Source: Stramenopiles sp. TOSAG23-2 (lineage: Eukaryota). Taken from it: a stretch of 54,130 nt of DNA. Below, in pieces: positions 23,172 through 35,295 of the stretch. The DNA is taken from contig LT649261.1 of the NCBI GenBank assembly GCA_900128395.1, forward strand, positions 1 through 54,130, written 5' to 3'. Numbering within the stretch: the stretch's first letter is position 1; each line of letters opens with the position of its first letter. Position numbers and translations under genes: made by a program. Below the pieces are notes generated by a model. It worked only from the letters and a program-made list of their open reading frames with translations. It was not told the DNA's origin and ran no database searches.

Positions 23172-24635
23172 ATGACGTCATTCAATAATGTATATCGTAA
23201 AGATAAAAATGGTAGTTGGAAAACAAAGACGGATCAAAAAAAAGATAAATTAAAAGATATATTTAACGATATAGCTATCTTGTCCAATATAAAAAACGAT
23301 GATGGGGAGGCAAAAATTACACCGCATACACTGATACTTGTAATGGAAAATCAAGAAAAGACAAAATTACATGCATATTTTGGTAAAAAATCAAGTGATG
23401 AACTATTAAAAGCATTTAGTAAATTAGATAAAGATGGAAATGGTGCAATTACTTTGCAACAATTTATTGAAGGTGCTGAACATGCGTTTTCACATACAAA
23501 TATTTCCAGTAATAATAGTATTGGTGGTGCAAAGGGAAAAAAATCATATGATATTCATGAAGCAGAAGGATTAAAGCCTGCACCTGCTAAATCTGTTGGT
23601 GGTGGTGTACAAAATATACCACAACCACCACCTATGACAAGGGAAATGTTATATAAAAGTGTCTTTAACAATTGTGATGAAGATAATAAAGGATATGTTT
23701 CTGTTAAAAATTTAATAAATGCTATGAAAAATAAACGTAGTGATTTATCAAAGATATTTGGTCCACAACGTTCTGAGAAAGCATTAGAAAAATTTGCAAT
23801 GTTAGACTCTACTGGTGATGGTCGTATAACATTTGCAGAATTTTTCACTGGTTGTGAACTTGCATTTACAAATCATGTATCTAAATATGAAAAGAAAGAT
23901 GATGATTATAGTCAGGCACCAGCTGTTATTGTAAAAGGCAAAGTACCAGTTGCACCACCAATGAATCGTCATTTATTATATTCATCCGTATTTAAAAGTA
24001 TCGATACAAAAGGTAAAGGTAAAATATCACAACGGGATTTAACACGTGCAATGGGTAATCGTCGTGGTTCAATTGCAATGATATTTGGTCATCAAAATAC
24101 CACACATGCTATGAATATTTTCTCAAAATTAGATGAAGAAGATACAGGCGCAGTAGATTATGCAACATTTGCGAAGAATTGTGAAGAAGCATTTTTAGTA
24201 GATGATGAAGGTGACGAGAATGATTTTGTACCTTTCCCAGCAGCAGCGCCGATTGGTGGAAGCGCAATTGTACCAACACCACCGCCAATGACACGTGAAT
24301 TATTGTATCGCTCAGTTTATGATGAAATTGATACAAAAAAAAAAGGTGCGATTTCACAATTAGATTTAGTCAAAGCAGTGAAAAAAGGTAGAAGAAGTAG
24401 TATTGCTAAAATTTTTGGTGAAAATGCAATACAAGATGCAGTACAAGCATTTCAAGATATGGATGTCGATAAAAAAGGTGAAGTTACATGGAATCAATTT
24501 TTTGCAAAAGCAGAAGAAGCATTTGTACATAAGCCAAATGATCGTGTACAAGCACCAAGGCGTAGTAGTTTAAAAATGAGACGTGCATCTAAAATCGTAT
24601 CTGGCCCAAAGGCACCACCATTGCCAAAACAATAA
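23172..24635 (+). CDS. Protein of four tandem EF-hand-pair modules linked by PPPM motifs
   Basis: Repeated PPPMxRxxLYxSVF/Y-D..KG..S..L...IFG...F..D..G.I/V.F..F...E.AF units. Confidence 0.85.
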   Translation: MTSFNNVYRKDKNGSWKTKTDQKKDKLKDIFNDIAILSNIKNDDGEAKITPHTLILVMENQEKTKLHAYFGKKSSDELLKAFSKLDKDGNGAITLQQFIEGAEHAFSHTNISSNNSIGGAKGKKSYDIHEAEGLKPAPAKSVGGGVQNIPQPPPMTREMLYKSVFNNCDEDNKGYVSVKNLINAMKNKRSDLSKIFGPQRSEKALEKFAMLDSTGDGRITFAEFFTGCELAFTNHVSKYEKKDDDYSQAPAVIVKGKVPVAPPMNRHLLYSSVFKSIDTKGKGKISQRDLTRAMGNRRGSIAMIFGHQNTTHAMNIFSKLDEEDTGAVDYATFAKNCEEAFLVDDEGDENDFVPFPAAAPIGGSAIVPTPPPMTRELLYRSVYDEIDTKKKGAISQLDLVKAVKKGRRSSIAKIFGENAIQDAVQAFQDMDVDKKGEVTWNQFFAKAEEAFVHKPNDRVQAPRRSSLKMRRASKIVSGPKAPPLPKQ

Positions 24636-24890
24636 GAAGGAGAGAGAAGAAAATTTTTATACATGTGTGTAACGGGAGAGGTTCGTTTAGCAAATGAGGG
24701 TATGTCATATATATCTAAGAGAAATATTATGATACTTGATATGAAATACAAACCAGTTCACCAGTTCGTGCGGGTAGCGGGTATAGAGAAAGGCAAAAAG
24801 GTTTTGAAGAAAAAAAAATTCTGCAGTAAAAAGGAAGAGTTTTTAAATATTTAACAGAGTTTTAAATGTGTGTATTTTATTAAACTCAAT

Positions 24891-26756
24891 CTATTGTTGC
24901 ATCGGCTGCTGCTGTTTTTTAACAGTTTTACCTAATGTTTGCATCCATAATTGATTTACAGCATTACATGCATCATTTTCTTCATTCCCTTTGCTGTTAC
25001 TACTAACACTACCGATATTGTAATCCTCTTGAATTTTACTTAATGGGCGACGGCCAAATTCTTTACTTAATGTAGCAAAACGATTGGTTAATGGTGCAAT
25101 TGATAAACGCCCAGCTTCATCGTTTTCAAAATCGTTATCATTGCATTTACTTTTAATATTTATACCACTTTTTTCAATGTCTTCAACGTTTGTTCCATCA
25201 TTTTCGTTATTATTATTATCATCATCATCATCATCATCCTCCATCTCATCTTTATTATTATTTAATACAAGACTATCATTGCTTAATACTTGAACTGATT
25301 TCGTATCTACAACGATATCAGGATGAACTTCATTTAAAACCAATGGCGATGCATCATTGTACGAATACAATGTCTCGCGTATACGTTTATGTCTTTTCCA
25401 TGTTGATAAAAATTCAACTGGCAATAAAGCTTGACGTTGCAAATCCAAAAAATGTTCACTCCAATGTATTTCTTGCAATTGGCGATATAATTCTAATTCA
25501 GCTGCGCGAATATGATCTCTTTTTTGTTGTGCCTCACGTGCAATTTGAGTCAAAGCAACTCTAGCAATACGTCTAACATGTTGATCCTGTTCCGTAGCAT
25601 TTTCATTCACTGCTTCTAATTTTTCTGAAAGAGATGATAAATGATTTTGTATATGTTTCTTTCTTGAATCCAAAATTTTATCTGGAACGTTAGCAATATC
25701 AACCGCTTGTTGCCATGCACTGCCAATACCAATCAATTTGTGTGAACCCATTTCTCCACTTGAATGTGATCCAACCATTTTACAATGAACGCATACTGGA
25801 ATTTCACATGCTTGGCAATAAAATTCAACATCAACATGTGGGTGCAATGGGCATTTGGAATTGAAAATTTGCAACGTATCTCCCATTCTTCTTTGCATGA
25901 TTGATAAACGTCGTTTTTTCTTTTTGAAATCTTTCAATGGAACACGCTTATGCCTTGCAACAACTTTATTTGCACTATGCATTTCCGTATCGCAACTTTC
26001 ACACAATTTGGCATCATCAGCACTACAATATAATACTGCTTGTTTTTCTTCACACATTTCACATATTTGTATTTTACTATCGGTAATATCTGACCCTTCA
26101 TAATTGAAACGTATTAAATATTTTGGAAATACTTTATCCGAATCTTTGATGTAATAGGACCAAGTATATTTCCCACCATCACTGTAAACTTCATCAGACA
26201 CTTCATCTTCTTCGGTTTTTGGAATGGTATGATACACACTATCATATTTTGTCTCGTCAACAGTTGGAAAAGAATTCACATTATTTCCTTCAGTGTTTGT
26301 ATTGTTCGTTGGGTGATTATCTTCAATTTCACCAACTTCTGGTACCATTGTTGGTACAATAGCAGTGCGTCCAACAGCAACCGATACACATACTAAAGTA
26401 CATGGACCGTTAGGGCGATCTATTTTACCACTTGGTAGTGCACCATGTACAAAGTTCATACCAGAACCATCTTTTGGAAATTGCACGCCAAATTTTTGTA
26501 TACTTTCTAATGTATTTTGTTTTCCCCAAGTCTCTTCATCAATGAAGCAATCCAAAATTAATTTATCTTGACTTGCACGATCGAATTTCACTGCAACATG
26601 TGGGTTTTTAATATCCCATACAGATAAATCAGCAACTGAATCAGATCGCCTAGTTGCTAAATGTAGTTTATATAAGACGTTATCATATTCCGTCGTATGT
26701 TTTTGTATTTCCGTACAATTCACAACTACTGCATTATTATTATTATTTCCTTCCAT
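24891..26756 (-). CDS. Double B-box zinc-finger coiled-coil protein (TRIM-like, no RING seen)
   Basis: CEMCEEKQAVLYCSADDAKLCESCDTEMH and CPLHPHVDVEFYCQACEIPVCVHC, followed by a coiled coil. Confidence 0.85.
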   Translation of the reverse strand: MEGNNNNNAVVVNCTEIQKHTTEYDNVLYKLHLATRRSDSVADLSVWDIKNPHVAVKFDRASQDKLILDCFIDEETWGKQNTLESIQKFGVQFPKDGSGMNFVHGALPSGKIDRPNGPCTLVCVSVAVGRTAIVPTMVPEVGEIEDNHPTNNTNTEGNNVNSFPTVDETKYDSVYHTIPKTEEDEVSDEVYSDGGKYTWSYYIKDSDKVFPKYLIRFNYEGSDITDSKIQICEMCEEKQAVLYCSADDAKLCESCDTEMHSANKVVARHKRVPLKDFKKKKRRLSIMQRRMGDTLQIFNSKCPLHPHVDVEFYCQACEIPVCVHCKMVGSHSSGEMGSHKLIGIGSAWQQAVDIANVPDKILDSRKKHIQNHLSSLSEKLEAVNENATEQDQHVRRIARVALTQIAREAQQKRDHIRAAELELYRQLQEIHWSEHFLDLQRQALLPVEFLSTWKRHKRIRETLYSYNDASPLVLNEVHPDIVVDTKSVQVLSNDSLVLNNNKDEMEDDDDDDDNNNNENDGTNVEDIEKSGINIKSKCNDNDFENDEAGRLSIAPLTNRFATLSKEFGRRPLSKIQEDYNIGSVSSNSKGNEENDACNAVNQLWMQTLGKTVKKQQQPMQQ

Positions 26757-27417
26757 ACTCGGATGTATTTAGTTAACAAACAATAAATGTATTTTCTGTT
26801 ATATTATTTTTTTTTCTTGTTATTACTTTTGAAATTGGTTTATTGAAGTATATCTATATATATATATATATATATAAATCTTTGAAAAGTTTTTGTTATA
26901 TGTTGTTTCTTTCTTTCTATCTCTATTGATATATGTAAATTTATTATATTGTTTGTTTACGAGAATCCCATACTGGTGCGTGTTAATTTATTTGTATTTT
27001 TTAATAATAATTATTTTAATTTCACAACGTTCAAAACGCCTCCCTATAAAACATTGCACCAGAATATCATATAGGTAAAATATGGTATATATTTAAGTAC
27101 AATTATTAGTAGTGTTTTGATAACGACAGCCTTTTTTTTTTCAATCATAAAAGTGATGATGTGTTGAAAACAAACAACAACACACTTGTTGTGTGAACCA
27201 ATTATAACGGTAGCAAGTATAATATATATAACTAATGAGTATATTATAATTTCCATAAATCTCTTTTCAACATCTGCCTGCTTTAATACACACATATATA
27301 TACGTGTACATAACACATCTATGCACAATATATATTACAACATATTAAACGTTTGATATAATACCTGTTGTATCCAATTCTCTAATTACAGTACAATAGT
27401 AGTAGTTAAATATAATA

Positions 27418-28842
27418 ATGGCTGATGATTGGACACCAGCAGATGAAGAAAGAGATAAGATAGATAGACTAGATGAAGCAAAAGCCGATGCAAAAGTTTT
27501 AAAAAAAGAATTAAATTTGGCAAAAAATGCAGCAAAAACGTTATTGCAAACAACAAAGCCTAATACATCTCGATCATATGATTCAGATGAATCTAGTTTA
27601 CAAACTGAATATACAAAATATACACATTTTGATTATAAAAAAACAGATCAATTTAACCGTGAAAACTATAAAAAATATAAAAAATTAGATAAAGTAGACC
27701 CAAAAGGTGCTATATATAGAAAACTGCTTGCAAGAGCGGGTATATCAAGAGCTCATGTAGAAAATATGCCACGTGAAGGCAAGCTAGCGAAATTTAAAAT
27801 GGGAAAATTAAGTACTAGGTTGTATAATCAAATTGACAGTGAAAGAGATTTTGATCAATATTACCATTGGTTACCACCAAAAGATGAACAAGAAAAAATT
27901 GCGGAAGAAGTTCAAGAATTATTATCTCCTTCGCGATTAAATATGTTAAGTCCAAAAGAACAAGCATTAGCATTGATACGGAAAACACCAACACGTCCAG
28001 TTGATATAACATTACCAAAGCGTCGATTAAAATTTGCTGAAGAGGAAAATCCACCACCTGGATTAGCACCAGCGCAAAAAAAACATTTAGATAGTAGAGG
28101 CAATCATGTATTTTATAATTATTCAGGTGACTTTAAAAAAGGGAAAATGCATGGGATGGGCACATTTTGTTTTGCTGATGGTACTGTACATACTGGACGA
28201 TGGGTTAATAATCGTAGGAATGGTAAGGGTATCTCTAAATATAAACATGGTCATGTATATGAAGGTATGTGGAAAGATGATAAATATAATGGACAAGGCA
28301 CTATTACAATGGGTAGTGGTATGAAATATTCCGGTAATTGGGTTGATGGGAAACGTTGTGGTGATGGTATTATACGATATCCAGGAGGGCAAGTATATGA
28401 TGGTAAATGGGTTAATAATAAAAAAAATGGTTGGGGAACAATGACAAATAGCACTGGATTTAAATTTGTCGGAACGTTTAAAGATGATTTAGTGGAAGGA
28501 CCAGGTGCATTTTATCAACCAGATGGTAAAAGAAAAACAAAAACATGGTGGGAAAGGACCACATTTAGTAATTTAATTAATGTAGTTAAAAATGAAAAAC
28601 GTGATAAACAAAGGAAAGAAATGGAAGAATTTAGAGCGAAAAATGCACAATTGGATGCTGATCTATTGGACGCATATGTACAAGACGTACGTGAATACAA
28701 CGAACAATTAGAACGTGAAAAATATGAAATGCAATTATTGGAACAAAGACGCCAACGTGAGGAACGTAGGGAGAAAATGCGACAGGCTAAATTGGATGCT
28801 AGTGCAGCGATGCAAAAAGAAAGGGAGGAAGATGGTGATTAG
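27418..28842 (+). CDS. MORN-repeat protein with C-terminal coiled coil
   Basis: Six YxGxWxxxxxxGxG repeats. Confidence 0.88.
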   Translation: MADDWTPADEERDKIDRLDEAKADAKVLKKELNLAKNAAKTLLQTTKPNTSRSYDSDESSLQTEYTKYTHFDYKKTDQFNRENYKKYKKLDKVDPKGAIYRKLLARAGISRAHVENMPREGKLAKFKMGKLSTRLYNQIDSERDFDQYYHWLPPKDEQEKIAEEVQELLSPSRLNMLSPKEQALALIRKTPTRPVDITLPKRRLKFAEEENPPPGLAPAQKKHLDSRGNHVFYNYSGDFKKGKMHGMGTFCFADGTVHTGRWVNNRRNGKGISKYKHGHVYEGMWKDDKYNGQGTITMGSGMKYSGNWVDGKRCGDGIIRYPGGQVYDGKWVNNKKNGWGTMTNSTGFKFVGTFKDDLVEGPGAFYQPDGKRKTKTWWERTTFSNLINVVKNEKRDKQRKEMEEFRAKNAQLDADLLDAYVQDVREYNEQLEREKYEMQLLEQRRQREERREKMRQAKLDASAAMQKEREEDGD

Positions 28843-28999
28843 TCTTTTTATACATGTATGTATGTGTATATGTGGTATTTGAATAGTCCCACGTCCTGTT
28901 ATTGGGGTGTGTGGGTTTTCAATTTGTTACAAGCTTATTGTATACGTCATTATGATTTCTAAACAAATTCATCACCAAATAAAGAGTGTGTATAACAAT

Positions 29000-30577
29000 A
29001 TGGAAAACTTCTTATTTATGATGTGTATATGTCCCAGTGTGGTCGAATAGTTTTGTCCTTCCTTCTTTAGTCTTGTTTAGAAGTTTGCGCTTGTATGGAA
29101 CACATTTAGATTTGATTGTTCTAGTACCAACAACAAGTGACACTACGGATGTTAAAAATAATTACTTTGACAACACGACCCCATTGCTATCATCCCAAAA
29201 TTTAAAAGCATTTGAAACATTAGACGTAAAAATCAAAAAAATTAACCCAGTTGAAATCAATAGAGAAAGATTAAAATCAAACAATCAAAATTGGTCCAAG
29301 CAATTTCTTAAATTGTATGCTTGGACATTAATTGACTACGAAAAAATATTATTGCTAGATGCAGATACACTTGCGGTAACAAATGTAGATGACATTTTTG
29401 AATCATGTCCAGGCGATCGTGTTTGTGGGACAAAAAATCCCGGCGAATTCCAACAAGTCGATTGCAAGGTAAAATTGGTATGTCTAGGTATATTAATGGT
29501 GGTTTTATTTTATTAAAACCTGACATGAGGCTATTTGACAATATGGTTAATTCGATAGAAAAATCAAATACATGTTGTCGTTGGGCATTTGAACAAGACT
29601 TCTTTAATTGGTATTTTTGGGGATACAATAGTAAGGATGGTGATGATGATCGTGTTAATAATAAAGAAATCACCGTTTTAAAAAGTGGACACTACAATAC
29701 ATATCCAGCATCCCATTTGATACATTTTGTCAAAGGCAAACCATGGTATTGGTGGGCATATCCTATTCCTGTGATTGGTGCGCCTATTGGACATGTATGG
29801 GCCGCAGCAGAAGGCGTATCTTCGATACAATGGGTTTACATACGTGGTACAATACCACAAGGATTTTTGGGAGGTTATGGAACTCAACCATTTTTACTGT
29901 TGACTCTGTATCCAATAATAGTCGTGTTTTACATTATGTATTGCGTACCTGTTACTGCAATAACTAGTATTAAGAGCAATAAAACCAAAGACGTCGTGCA
30001 TCATGATTGGCGTGTTAAAAATAATTTTATACAAGATCAAAGAACAAAACAATCAGGCACTAGTAATCGAGCTAGCACGAGTAGTAGCACCAGGACAGAA
30101 TATTTCAAATATTTTTGTATTTGTAATTTCGTCTTATGGTTTTTAATATTTGTATGTGTTGGACGCGACTGCTTTATAAATTTAACGATAGTACCAAATA
30201 GGTTGCAACCGCATTTAGCATGGAGCTTTATTGCGTTATTATCTAGTTGTACTTCTTATTTTGTGTTACACTTATTGACAATATCTTTTAGTCATGATGC
30301 GCCTGATATGTACTATGTTGTGAGAATAATAGGTTCAAGATTCTATAGTTTTGTATACCTTTTTGGCATCTTTTTGTCCATACTGATTGGCATATCAATA
30401 ATAATTGTGTTAAGATTTTTCGTTTATAACATTAATTCCTTTCTAGTATGGGTGCTGTTTGTAAGTTGGTATATTTTTGTTGGGGATTTACTATTTCACA
30501 TTCTCGTGAATTTACAAAAATTTCAAAACGATATGAATAATGATGATGAATCTTCTTCATTGCCAAAATATGCGTAG
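29000..30577 (+). pseudogene. Glycosyltransferase family 8 (glycogenin-like) with C-terminal TM helices; frameshift near 29468, unclear 5' end
   Basis: KLYAWTLIDYEKILLLDADTL lies in one frame; YINGGFILLKP..EQDFFN..IHFVKGKPW lies in another. One extra base would restore CKGKIGMSRYINGG. Confidence 0.7.
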
Positions 30578-30996
30578 AAAGTGCTGTAAAAGTATGAGTG
30601 TAATATTTAAATAAATAAATATAATAAAACTAAACTGAAGAATATATAAACGAATTGAGAACTCTCGTGATGAGATATATATAAATAATTTCCTATGTTT
30701 ATACGTACCAGTATAATAAATAAGTATTTAAAAATCATTTTTGATTTGAGATGTTAATGAACGGGAGTAAAAGAAATTTATATAATATATGAGTAAGAGA
30801 ACATTTTATATATTTATATTATTAATAATAAAAGGAATAAAAGTAGTTTTCAAATAGAGCCCTATGATATATTATTTTTTTTTTATAAAAATTAAAATAT
30901 ATTATTAAAAAAAATATTTTTTATTGATTTACATGTGGCTCGTTCTTTTGAATCCTTTTTTTATCTCTGGTGATTTTTCCTTAAGGATATATTGTA

Positions 30997-32331
30997 TTAC
31001 AGCCAACCTAGTTGATCCTCCTCTATTTCAACTTGTGCTTCTCCATTTTTTGCAATTGCATCAATTTCTACAAGTTTTTCGTAAAGAGCTTCATCGTATG
31101 ATACAAATTTTACACCACACAAGTCTACACCTGCATTTGCATCATATAAATCTGAATAAATAGCTAATATCTCTCTTTTTTTTTTTGACAATTTCATATA
31201 TTCCCCTTCACCATATTCTTCATCATATGTTAAACGACTCATAATAACAAATGCTTCCATATATGGACCTGGCCAATTAGGCCCATCATTTTCTACGAAT
31301 ATTTGTTTGTGGTACCATTTCCATTCACCTGCAGCATGCGCATTTTGAGTTTTAAGTGGGAGATCTTGGAAAGAAACTGTTTGAACCGGTGTTTCAGGAT
31401 CTACTTTATACTTTCCCAAATATAAATATGCCCCAGCTGCTTTTTTCCCATGATATCCTCTTTTCCAGGGACTACTTTCACATTGGCGAAAATAATGAAA
31501 TTCAGTTTGTGTGTTTGGAAAATTTTGCAAATTATATGTATGCATAAGGCCATGATCACCAGCAAATCCTGGATCCCATGGATTCCAACTATTGTTTCCT
31601 GCAATGAAGCATTCATGAGCTTGTATAAAAGGGGCTCTTGTTTCACGCACAGTTGCAAATGGGTGTGTACCAACACCACCAAGAACAGTACTAATACATT
31701 GCTTATGACATCCACGACGGAAACAATATCTGGCATTACCATTTTTATCAGTTTGTAGTTTTCTCCGTACTTCTTCCCATTTTAATGTTTCTGCATTTTT
31801 TTTCCTTCCAGTTTTCTTCTTTTTTGCTCCCGCTGCTTCATCTTCTTCAAACTTTTGTTCAATTTTTGTTTTCACCAAGCCTGTGAAAGGGTTATTTTTG
31901 GGTGTCTCATTATTGGTCTTCTTTGCCACTTGTTTTGCTTCTTCTTTGTTTGTTTGTTTTTTCTTTACTACTTGTTTTGCTTCTTCTTTCTTCAGTTTTT
32001 TTTTCTGTACTACTTTTTTTTTTGTTCCAGCTTCTGCGTCATCCTTCACTTTTCTTTTTTTTATAATGGTTTTTGGGGTTTGCGCCTTCTTTTCTTCTCT
32101 CTTCTTATACTTAGATGGGTCAAATTTTTGCCCTTTTCGCTCACTAAGACGGCTTTTATCAACTGGGCCAGTTGAATCATCTTCATGAAAGTATACCTCA
32201 AATCTTGTTGCATCTGCCATCACCCTAACAATGAAACCTGGATATTGTTTACCATCACTCCATTTAACATTGACTGGATCATGAAGTTCATATTTGGAAC
32301 CTGCACCCCTAGTTCTAGAAGCAGGTTTCAT
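30997..32331 (-). CDS. Tudor-like domain, Lys-rich linker and C-terminal SRA-like (DUF6697-type) domain; probably nuclear
   Basis: VNVKWSDGKQYPGFI...FEVYFHED (Tudor) and PGFAGDHGL...FHYF...YLYLGKY. The C-terminal assignment is tentative. Confidence 0.65.
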   Translation of the reverse strand: MKPASRTRGAGSKYELHDPVNVKWSDGKQYPGFIVRVMADATRFEVYFHEDDSTGPVDKSRLSERKGQKFDPSKYKKREEKKAQTPKTIIKKRKVKDDAEAGTKKKVVQKKKLKKEEAKQVVKKKQTNKEEAKQVAKKTNNETPKNNPFTGLVKTKIEQKFEEDEAAGAKKKKTGRKKNAETLKWEEVRRKLQTDKNGNARYCFRRGCHKQCISTVLGGVGTHPFATVRETRAPFIQAHECFIAGNNSWNPWDPGFAGDHGLMHTYNLQNFPNTQTEFHYFRQCESSPWKRGYHGKKAAGAYLYLGKYKVDPETPVQTVSFQDLPLKTQNAHAAGEWKWYHKQIFVENDGPNWPGPYMEAFVIMSRLTYDEEYGEGEYMKLSKKKREILAIYSDLYDANAGVDLCGVKFVSYDEALYEKLVEIDAIAKNGEAQVEIEEDQLGWL

Positions 32332-32985
32332 ACTACTCGCCAATTGGTGTTTTTTTCTTTTTTGTTCAATCTTATTATTAAATATGTAAGAAGAACCTAT
32401 TTAGATCTTATGGATACAAAAATAAATACACAAGATATATATATATTCTACATTTTGTTTTCTTTCTTCGCATATTTTAGCTTCGTATATCCAGATATTA
32501 CATTATTTTTCCAGCCAAATTTTCATTATATCATATAGTAAAAAAACCTTTCATATGTTATTACCTGGTAGTTTTGTCCGAAAAAATAATGATAAAACCC
32601 TGTGTTAGTATAATTTAACTGGTGTGTCCATCCTAATTTTCAATAACATGGACACACCAGCGGTCATAATAATAAGAAATCGGTTACTAGAAATATAGCT
32701 TTTCAACTTCTTCCCCATTAAGAAATTTGTCAATGCATGCATGTGATCAATCGAATTAGAGATACACACATGCAGATATGTACATCCATAGAAACATTTA
32801 ATTACCATCAATAATATACATGTACATTAATTCATTATAATATATAATATACAGCTTTATTTAATACTTGGATTAACTACATTTCTTAAAAGTGTTGAGC
32901 ATATAATATTTACAAGAGATTTAAAAAAATATTATAACACTTTATAAAATTTTAACCATCATTTATATGATATTATTTACACACC

Positions 32986-33405
32986 ATGTCCAAAAATATG
33001 TATTCACGTGCAAGGCGTGGAAAGGCAACGACGCCACGATTGAGTCAAAATAATAATAATAATAAAATTACAAAATTTTCACCAATGCCACCAATATCAC
33101 CAATTAAAAAAAGCAGGCAACAACAGAAATTTACATCTCGTAATTATACAAGACAAAGTAGTATGAGTACTGGGAGTAGGCAAAGCAATAGTAGCAGTAG
33201 ACATAGCAGTATTTATAAAAGAAGAACACCCCCTTTACGCCCATTTAGTAAAACTCCAACACATATGTCTCCTAGGATCAAACGCTGGACAGAAAGAAAA
33301 CATATCGCAGCACATCACCCCCATCTAGTAATAAACAGACATGCAAATCCAGCAGAAATATCACCACAATTGACATTACTATTATGCGACATGGCATTGA
33401 GATGA
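32986..33405 (+). CDS. Short basic Ser/Arg/Pro-rich ORF, possibly a truncated gene
   Basis: 139-aa ORF with ATG that ends about 20 bp before the 33426 duplication breakpoint. Confidence 0.45.
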   Translation: MSKNMYSRARRGKATTPRLSQNNNNNKITKFSPMPPISPIKKSRQQQKFTSRNYTRQSSMSTGSRQSNSSSRHSSIYKRRTPPLRPFSKTPTHMSPRIKRWTERKHIAAHHPHLVINRHANPAEISPQLTLLLCDMALR

Positions 33406-33425
33406 TGTGTGGGGTGTGGTATATG

Positions 33426-33840
33426 TGGAAAAAGAAAAAGATAATATACGTACTTCTTATTTTGTTCACGTAGCGCCATTATGTCATATGGTTTTCAGTC
33501 ATATGATATTCTTTATGCTAATAAGTTAAAATTTGCAGTAAAGATAATGGTTAAAATCTATGCATAAGTTATAATAATTTTATACTTCCCGTGGTAAATA
33601 ATATTTTGTTAAAATAGATATCATATATGACGCCTCGTACGAGTATATGTGCGTATATAAGGAAATTACTTGTATATCATATTATTTTTTCTGAAAATCT
33701 TCATAACATTCAAAATGAACTTTAAAATCTTCAATCTCGTAATATCTGCCATCATATTTACCAGGGATTCTCATCAGTGGACCATTACAATACTTGCATT
33801 TTTCAGCATGCCTGCAAACCATCAGCGGTAACATGTATGA
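33426..33840. repeat. Direct repeat copy 1 (~410 bp), containing an orphan last exon (33682-33811, minus strand) of the Zn-finger gene
   Basis: Near-identical to 42962-43373. Confidence 0.92.
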
Positions 33841-34279
33841 CGTACACATACCAGGTATTGTATGGTTCAAAAAAAAAAAGTGTTCCACAGTATTATATTC
33901 ACCTGCTATTGCCACCATATACAAACCGTTTTTTGATATTTCCACTTGATGTACACATTTTTTTGGTTATGCTTAGAGTATATAAAAATAGCGCTGAAAT
34001 CTGCCTATCAGGAAGAACCCGCCCTGAAAAATCAAAAAATCCAAAAAAAATTCATTTTAATTTGTTGTTGAAGGAAATACACAAATCGTATATATATCAA
34101 GATTACATTTTTTGTTCTTTGTTCATATATATACGTGATGATAACTACTACCCCCCCTCAATAAAACGAAAAAGAAAACAGTATAATAACTAAGAAAAAG
34201 AAGAAAATAATAATATGAAAAAAAAAAATTTTGTAATTTTGTAATTTTTATATAAATCATCAAAATTAGATATAATAAA

Positions 34280-35098
34280 ATGATGACGTTATTTTTTAAA
34301 TATTTAGTAATAATAATAATAACTTCAAGTATAATAGCATGTAACGCTGTTGGAGTGAAAGAGGAAATATGTGCAGGACAGAAAGATGTGATGCGTAAAT
34401 TAAACCGTGATGGAAAACTATGTAATGGTGCGGAAAATTGGAATACATGGTTTCATTTGAATTTCCCTGGTTGTGGAGAAAACAATAAGTGGACAGAACA
34501 TACGTTTAATAATGATGGTGTGAAACTGGTGAAAAAAGAACATATTGCTAGTGATAAATTTATACGTGACCTGAGTGGGGTATATGAAAAGGAACAGAAA
34601 ACGGAGATGAAAGAAATGTACTTTCTTAATTTAAACGTAGGAAAAGCGCCTTTGGTAGAAAAAGGGAAACAGTTACAAGTGGTTCAGAGACGTCGACTTG
34701 ATGATAGTTCACGTGGAAGGGAGTTATTAAGTGAATGGGATGGAACGGCAAATTCGGGGTCATTTAATCTTGTTAGGAATGTGACGAAGACGAGTGGTAC
34801 GATTAATGTGAATGGTGAATTAGAAATTGTTGGAATTGTTGGGGATGATGGAGTTAAGCCAGCAATTGATGGTGGGAATACGCCGGGGTGTACGAGTAGT
34901 TGTCCTGGGCATAGGGTGTTTTTTTTAAATACTGCGAATGATGAATTACGATTAACAAATATAACAATTCAGAATGGATATACGGTACGTTTTCTAATTT
35001 TGTTTTCTCATTTCTGATAATAAAAATTGTGTTGAACAATTGTTGTCTTTTCTTTTTCGTATTTTATCAAATTCAATATGGACTAACATTTATTTTTA

Positions 35099-35129
<31 letters not shown>

Positions 35130-35263
35130 ATATGATCATTTAATATATATATATTGTATCTTGAATATGATGGTATAGAATGTAAGTAAACGTTGAACTG
35201 ATGGTTGTGTCTTCTTTCTATTTTGTATTTTATATCAAATGCAATATGGACTAACATTTAATT

Positions 35264-35295
<32 letters not shown>

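Noticed and set aside
29469-29487. 19-nt GT-AG mini-intron repairing the GT8 frameshift
   Set aside because: Removing it gives AAG GTA TAT TAA, a stop, and does not restore the frame.
33682-33945. Independent 87-aa zinc-finger gene
   Set aside because: Only 33682-33811 is coding-like, being a duplicated last exon. The rest is intron remnant and unrelated sequence.
34280-35017. Stand-alone 245-aa secreted protein, with 38594-42586 as a separate gene
   Set aside because: The tail VRFLILFSHF is intron read-through after the GTACGT donor. The 38594 ORF starts at TTG without a signal peptide. Both are exons of one gene.
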